IMG/VR virus record: IMGVR_UViG_3300028920_000031
Strand: one strand, 5' to 3'
Length of the DNA stretch: 38,907 nt
DNA from: an uncultured virus (IMG/VR IMGVR_UViG_3300028920_000031)
Taxonomy: Duplodnaviria > Heunggongvirae > Uroviricota > Caudoviricetes
Below are positions 34,890 through 38,907 of the stretch, piece by piece; the first letter of the stretch is position 1, and the number at the start of each line of letters is the position of its first letter. Made by a program: the position numbers and the translations under genes. The notes below the pieces were generated by a model that saw only the letters and a list, made by a program, of their open reading frames with translations, was not told the origin of the DNA and made no database searches.

Positions 34890-35711
34890 TCAGTCCCTCT
34901 TGCCGAGTTTCGAAAGGCATTCCGCGCAGATTGTCGAGTTGCCGGCGTCCGGCAATGCACGTCTATATCCCGCTGCCTCAAGATAGCCCTGCACCTCGCA
35001 CGGACGTCCGCACCTGTGACAGATCACTTCGTAGTCGCGGAGTTTTCGGCCTCGTTCCAGGCGGTCGATCTCTTCCTGCAACTGTCGTTTTGCTCTTGCA
35101 CTGTCGGGCTTGACCATGACGTGTCGCGCCCAGAACATGGATGCTGCAGCTCCGGAACGGATGAACTCGATTAACTCCTCTCGGGTCTTCTCTTCCAGTC
35201 TCGGATCGGTTCCGCCAGCTTCGACCAGAATGTTTCTGGCCCTGGCAGTGGCGCCCATGGGAACTTCCTCGCTGGTCGGACTTGCATTGACGCTGATGAT
35301 TTCCCATTCGGAATCCTGGCTGTGCTCGTCGTTTTCGGCCAGTACGTCCCAGCGGTAGAGCACGGCAAAGACGCTGACGGCCCGCTGCTTCTTGCCGTAG
35401 GCCACGACCTGGATGACGGGATCCTCGCCTTCTTGGCGGGGCTCGTAGACGGTTTCGAGCCTGCTGATCGCGCCGGCGGCAAATCCCTCGCTGAGGGAGA
35501 CGACGGAGCTCTTGAACTTGGCAGGAGGTAAATCGACGAGAACGACGCCGTCTCGGTAGCCCGGGCGTTTCCCTTTCTCGAAGAACAGTTCGACAAGCTC
35601 TTCAAGTTCCTCCCAAGAGCCATCGAAGTGGCTGTATTTGCTGTCGGGCGTCTGCCGCTTCACGAAGCGGGAGGCCTTGATGAAATGCTTCGGCTTGTAT
35701 TCAGGCGTCAT
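34890..35711 (-). CDS. hypothetical protein, possibly DUF3228-like (273 aa)
   Basis: PGYRDGVVLV...VLY...WEIISVNA...EVPM...RN...GG pattern (family recalled, not searched). Confidence 0.7.
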   Translation of the reverse strand: MTPEYKPKHFIKASRFVKRQTPDSKYSHFDGSWEELEELVELFFEKGKRPGYRDGVVLVDLPPAKFKSSVVSLSEGFAAGAISRLETVYEPRQEGEDPVIQVVAYGKKQRAVSVFAVLYRWDVLAENDEHSQDSEWEIISVNASPTSEEVPMGATARARNILVEAGGTDPRLEEKTREELIEFIRSGAAASMFWARHVMVKPDSARAKRQLQEEIDRLERGRKLRDYEVICHRCGRPCEVQGYLEAAGYRRALPDAGNSTICAECLSKLGKRD

Positions 35712-36340
35712 TCTTCTTCCTCCGGCAACGGATTCGGCCTTTCCACGCTCGAGGCGGTCGCATAATATTCGAGGTCTTCGGCTTCGTACTCGTCGCCCTC
35801 CGTCATCCGCATGTAGCGGTCGACGTTGGCAAGCCAGACGATGCGGCTGACGTCAAAGATGCCGAAGCCGTCGAAAGTCCACCTCTGCATGCTCTCATCC
35901 ACCGCCATGCTTATGGCGTGGTTTTTGTCGGCACTGCCGAGAAAAAGCTCGTTGAGCAAATCGGAGGCTTTGCGTCCTCCTCCTCCGCCGCGGCCGCAGC
36001 ATTGGCACGGCGCTTCGGGCTCCCATGTCAGCTTATGTTCGGACAAGGCCCTTGAGAAATCCTCGCAGAATTCCTTCAACAGCTTCTCGGGGTCGGGCTC
36101 CGCCTCGCGATCTTCGGAGATGTAGTAGATCGGCACGCAGGCCGTGCTCTCGTTCTCGTAGGCTCCGCAACGAAGCATGACGAGCCATACTCCCGGGAGG
36201 CCGCGCTCGCCACCGGTCAGCTTGGCGGCGCACGCATGAAGCAGATCGACCGCTTGCTGGACGCATTCGAGACACCAGCCTTCCTGTCCTTCGGGCATAT
36301 GCGAGCAACTTGTTGCCTTCTTAATCTCTTCCTGCGGCAT
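35708..36340 (-). CDS. hypothetical protein (210 aa)
   Basis: RBS AAGGGG; operonic packing. Confidence 0.7.
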   Translation of the reverse strand: MPQEEIKKATSCSHMPEGQEGWCLECVQQAVDLLHACAAKLTGGERGLPGVWLVMLRCGAYENESTACVPIYYISEDREAEPDPEKLLKEFCEDFSRALSEHKLTWEPEAPCQCCGRGGGGGRKASDLLNELFLGSADKNHAISMAVDESMQRWTFDGFGIFDVSRIVWLANVDRYMRMTEGDEYEAEDLEYYATASSVERPNPLPEEEE

Positions 36341-36578
36341 TTGTTTCCCCTTTCAAGTCGTATTCCGCTTCTTTCGCGCGAAGCCAATTCATGGTTTTCC
36401 TGCAGTCGGTTTGGATCTCGATCTTTTTCTGCCTGAGTCTGGCAGCCAAAAATGTCTCGGCCTCTTTCTTTTCAAGAAAGACATGTCAGTCGTTCCTTGT
36501 GGGTTTGGACGGCAGCTCGACCGTGAACCAGTGGTCCACGAATATCATTGCGCCCTGTTTCACCATGACCTTTTTCAT
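36321..36578 (-). pseudogene. small gene with an internal TGA at 36486-36488
   Basis: MKKVMVKQG...PTRND*HVFLEKKEAETFL... stays open in frame to 36321; strong RBS and ATGA overlap at the start. Confidence 0.5.
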
Positions 36579-36772
36579 TCCTCTTCCTCGACCACCTCGA
36601 TTCCGAAGTGGTCCAAGGCTTCGAGCAGGTCGTGCCTGATCATTTCGTAGCTTTCGCTGCGTTCTCCCTCTTCGGCAATTTCAGCCTCAAGTTGCTTGCC
36701 GATGTCGCAGTCGATTGCGGATGCCGCCGCCACCACGAAATCCGTCATCTTGCCTATGGCAATTGTCTGCAT
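36575..36772 (-). CDS. hypothetical protein (65 aa)
   Basis: RBS GAGGAG. Confidence 0.6.
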   Translation of the reverse strand: MQTIAIGKMTDFVVAAASAIDCDIGKQLEAEIAEEGERSESYEMIRHDLLEALDHFGIEVVEEEE

Positions 36773-37860
36773 GGCTCCTCTTCCGTTTTTTGCTTGAGGG
36801 GATTGGCATCCCAAGGTACGTCCTTGAGCTCCTCGGGGAAGTTCAGGGGTTCATAGCCGTGTCTGAGCGTCAAGTGCTCGAAAAAGCTTTCCGCATCGGC
36901 AAAGACATGGGATTCCTCGATGTAGGAATTTGTCGTGAACGGACTGCGTCCGCCGGGAAAGATCATATACCGCTCCTTGAAGTAGTCGCGGGCGTGTCCG
37001 AGCTCGTCCATCATGCCGGTGGACAGCGGCGGCCTGTCATCGTACGGGTGGATGGCGACGACGGCGTCGACCTTGCCCACGAACATGTGCAAGTCGCGGT
37101 GGACGGTGAAGGCCCTGGTGATGCGGCGATCCCTGTCGCTGAGCGGCGCCTTCGGGATCTCGATCGCCTGCGGGTCGATGACCAGGCCGAAACCGCACAG
37201 TCGCTTGACGGTGCTGTTGATGACTGAACGAATCGATTCGTCGGCGTGAGTCATGGAATAGGAGACGTAGAACGACGGGACGCTGGCATGACGTACGAGT
37301 TTGTACAGGCTTAGCGGATGCTGATTCACCGGTATGACGTAGTGCCTGATTCCCATGGCCTTCGCCCAGTCTTCGGAGAGACTGACTTCTTCCCCCGTCC
37401 AAGTCAAGACCGCAGTGTGGTCGCAGCCTGCTTTCTTGATATTGTCGCAGATCGGATTGTTCTCCGTCGCCATGATCCTGCTGACAATGTCCCATTCGGA
37501 GTCTATCAGGGTGACGACAACATCGGGCCTGACGTATTCGGCGATCTCCTTCAGGTCCTTGAGCTTCACGTTGATGCCGTCCCACTGGATCGTGGCGGGC
37601 ACCCTGATGACCGCGTTCTTCGTGTGTCTCTGCTCCATGCGGAAGCCGATCTTCCTGTATTCGCGCTCGCGGAGCACCTCGAAAAGGTAGTTGGTCGCTC
37701 CCAGCAGCCGATAGAGCTTTTTGCCTCCTGTGGCTTCAAGGGCCTCGACGAGATCGTAGTATTCGAAGGGGATGCCCTCGAAACCGGCCATGCCGATAAG
37801 GGCGTGGAAGTATTCAACTTCCGGCAGTCCCGCAATGGTTCCGGTTACTAGCACTCTCAT
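36754..37860 (-). CDS. NMP-kinase-like domain fused to a nucleoside deoxyribosyltransferase-like domain (368 aa)
   Basis: VLVTG degenerate P-loop and PDVVVTLID; C-terminal YVSYSMT...RDL...DAVVA...STGMMDELGHA; RBS GGAGGAGG. Confidence 0.65.
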   Translation of the reverse strand: MRVLVTGTIAGLPEVEYFHALIGMAGFEGIPFEYYDLVEALEATGGKKLYRLLGATNYLFEVLREREYRKIGFRMEQRHTKNAVIRVPATIQWDGINVKLKDLKEIAEYVRPDVVVTLIDSEWDIVSRIMATENNPICDNIKKAGCDHTAVLTWTGEEVSLSEDWAKAMGIRHYVIPVNQHPLSLYKLVRHASVPSFYVSYSMTHADESIRSVINSTVKRLCGFGLVIDPQAIEIPKAPLSDRDRRITRAFTVHRDLHMFVGKVDAVVAIHPYDDRPPLSTGMMDELGHARDYFKERYMIFPGGRSPFTTNSYIEESHVFADAESFFEHLTLRHGYEPLNFPEELKDVPWDANPLKQKTEEEPCRQLP

Positions 37861-38078
37861 GGTCTTTCCTCCTCCATCCATTCGATGAAAGCATCCAAAT
37901 TGCTTTCGTGCCAGAGACACTCGCTACAGTCGATGTCGTAGCAGGGCAAGTCTTCGAAATGGCCGAGGCCGTGGCTGAACTGGACCATGTCGCAGGTCGT
38001 CTTCTGGAGACACTTGGCCTTCAGCCGCGGATCGGAATTTTTCGGCTCGGGCATCTTGAGGCCTTTGAATTCTTTCAT
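37857..38078 (-). CDS. Cys-rich hypothetical protein (73 aa)
   Basis: ATGA overlap; CYDIDCSECLW. Confidence 0.6.
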   Translation of the reverse strand: MKEFKGLKMPEPKNSDPRLKAKCLQKTTCDMVQFSHGLGHFEDLPCYDIDCSECLWHESNLDAFIEWMEEERP

Positions 38079-38359
38079 GCCGTCGCCCGTGTTTTGAGTT
38101 TTTCCGCCGTCAAGAAGTTCGGGACGCCCACTTTGAACTTGGTCTGGCGCAGCGGAATCTCCCTGCCTTTCATTCCCTTGGCATAGAGGTGCTTGGTCAG
38201 GATGCACTTCGACGTCTGAATGTCGAGCAGGTTGAAGCCCTTTCGCGTCACCTTGACGAAGCGGCAGAGCTTCGGCAGTTGGGCCCTGTGGTTGTTGAAA
38301 TAGACCAGATATTCGGCGCCCAGCTCCATGTTTTTCCAATAGTTGAATTTCCACTTCAT
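38075..38359 (-). CDS. hypothetical protein (94 aa), possibly leaderless
   Basis: ATG 5 nt after the -10 box of promoter copy 8; no RBS. Confidence 0.65.
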   Translation of the reverse strand: MKWKFNYWKNMELGAEYLVYFNNHRAQLPKLCRFVKVTRKGFNLLDIQTSKCILTKHLYAKGMKGREIPLRQTKFKVGVPNFLTAEKLKTRATA

Positions 38360-38364
38360 GTCTG

Positions 38365-38393
38365 AATCTAGCATGCGACGAGGAAAAGTCAAG
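38365..38393 (-). promoter_or_regulatory. sigma70-like promoter (copy 8)
   Basis: CTTGACT-N16-TAGATT with extended -10 TG. Confidence 0.7.
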
Positions 38394-38450
38394 CACAATG
38401 CCAAAATGTTTTATTTTTTCCTGCTAGGTCTCAATTTGCATATCTAGCAT

Positions 38451-38907
38451 GTTTCAATCCATGCAGCCCGCGAAAGGCTACGATGCGAGCATTGTCGGCT
38501 GTACCACGCATCTTTCAATCCACGCAGCCCGCGAGAGGCTGCGACCCTCAGGGGGCTGTTCGACGATCTCGACCTCAAGCCGTTTCAATCCACGCAGCCC
38601 GCGAGAGGCTGCGACCTGATAGCCGACATGTCTACTGCGGAGATCCTCGAGACGGTTTCAATCCACGCAGCCCGCGAGAGGCTGCGACGAGCGCACTCGC
38701 CAACGGCGTCTATCTGCTGACGGACGTTTCAATCCACGCAGCCCGCGAGAGGCTGCGACAACATGCTCCGGGACGCGGTTTTCGGGATGTCGGCGTTTCA
38801 ATCCACGCAGCCCGCGAGAGGCTGCGACATGCCACGCCGTCCATCTGCAGTTCGAGGACGACTGGTTTCAATCCACGCAGCCCGCGAGAGGCTGCGACAT
38901 GCCACGC
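38451..38907 (-). CRISPR. CRISPR array 2 (truncated by the window): 7 repeats of 34 nt, GTCGCAGCCTCTCGCGGGCTGCGTGGATTGAAAC, type I-C-like
   Basis: Repeats at 38451 (degenerate), 38512, 38582, 38655, 38726, 38795 and 38865; spacers of 27-39 nt. Confidence 0.97.

Noticed and set aside
109..35113. Long + strand ORFs (e.g. 109-1110, 5526-6941, 20737-22044, 27235-28602)
   Set aside because: Antisense shadows of real minus-strand genes in GC-rich DNA; no motifs or RBS
15631..36488. Stop-codon reassignment (alternative genetic code)
   Set aside because: The internal stops are of two types (TAG and TGA); long genes (cas12, the 812-aa ORF, dcm, rmlB) have none; both codons end genes at natural junctions

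Overview
About 39 kb of GC-rich DNA packed with short hypothetical genes, almost all on the minus strand. It looks like the accessory (early-gene) region of a large phage or other large mobile element; no core virion, replication or housekeeping genes are visible. The main feature is a compact type V CRISPR-Cas module. It has an 821-aa Cas12-like RuvC protein (20797-23262, predicted catalytic D392/E604/D685), a ~200-bp leader and a 20-repeat array (19195-20597), with no cas1/cas2/cas4 nearby. A second array with a type I-C-like repeat runs off the right edge (38451-38907). Other notable structure: (i) a cluster of integron attC-like sites (~9220-11330) with no integrase, whose ORFs lie on the opposite strand and start or stop inside the sites; (ii) three IS200/IS605 remnants, including a 377-bp non-autonomous element whose removal restores a reading frame; (iii) eight copies of a CTTGACW-N16-(-10) promoter; (iv) an orphan Dcm-like methyltransferase, five genes with Lar-like zinc fingers, rmlB, an inverted radical SAM + glycosyltransferase pair, and several frameshift or nonsense lesions. 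All calls were made by eye; no database searches were run.
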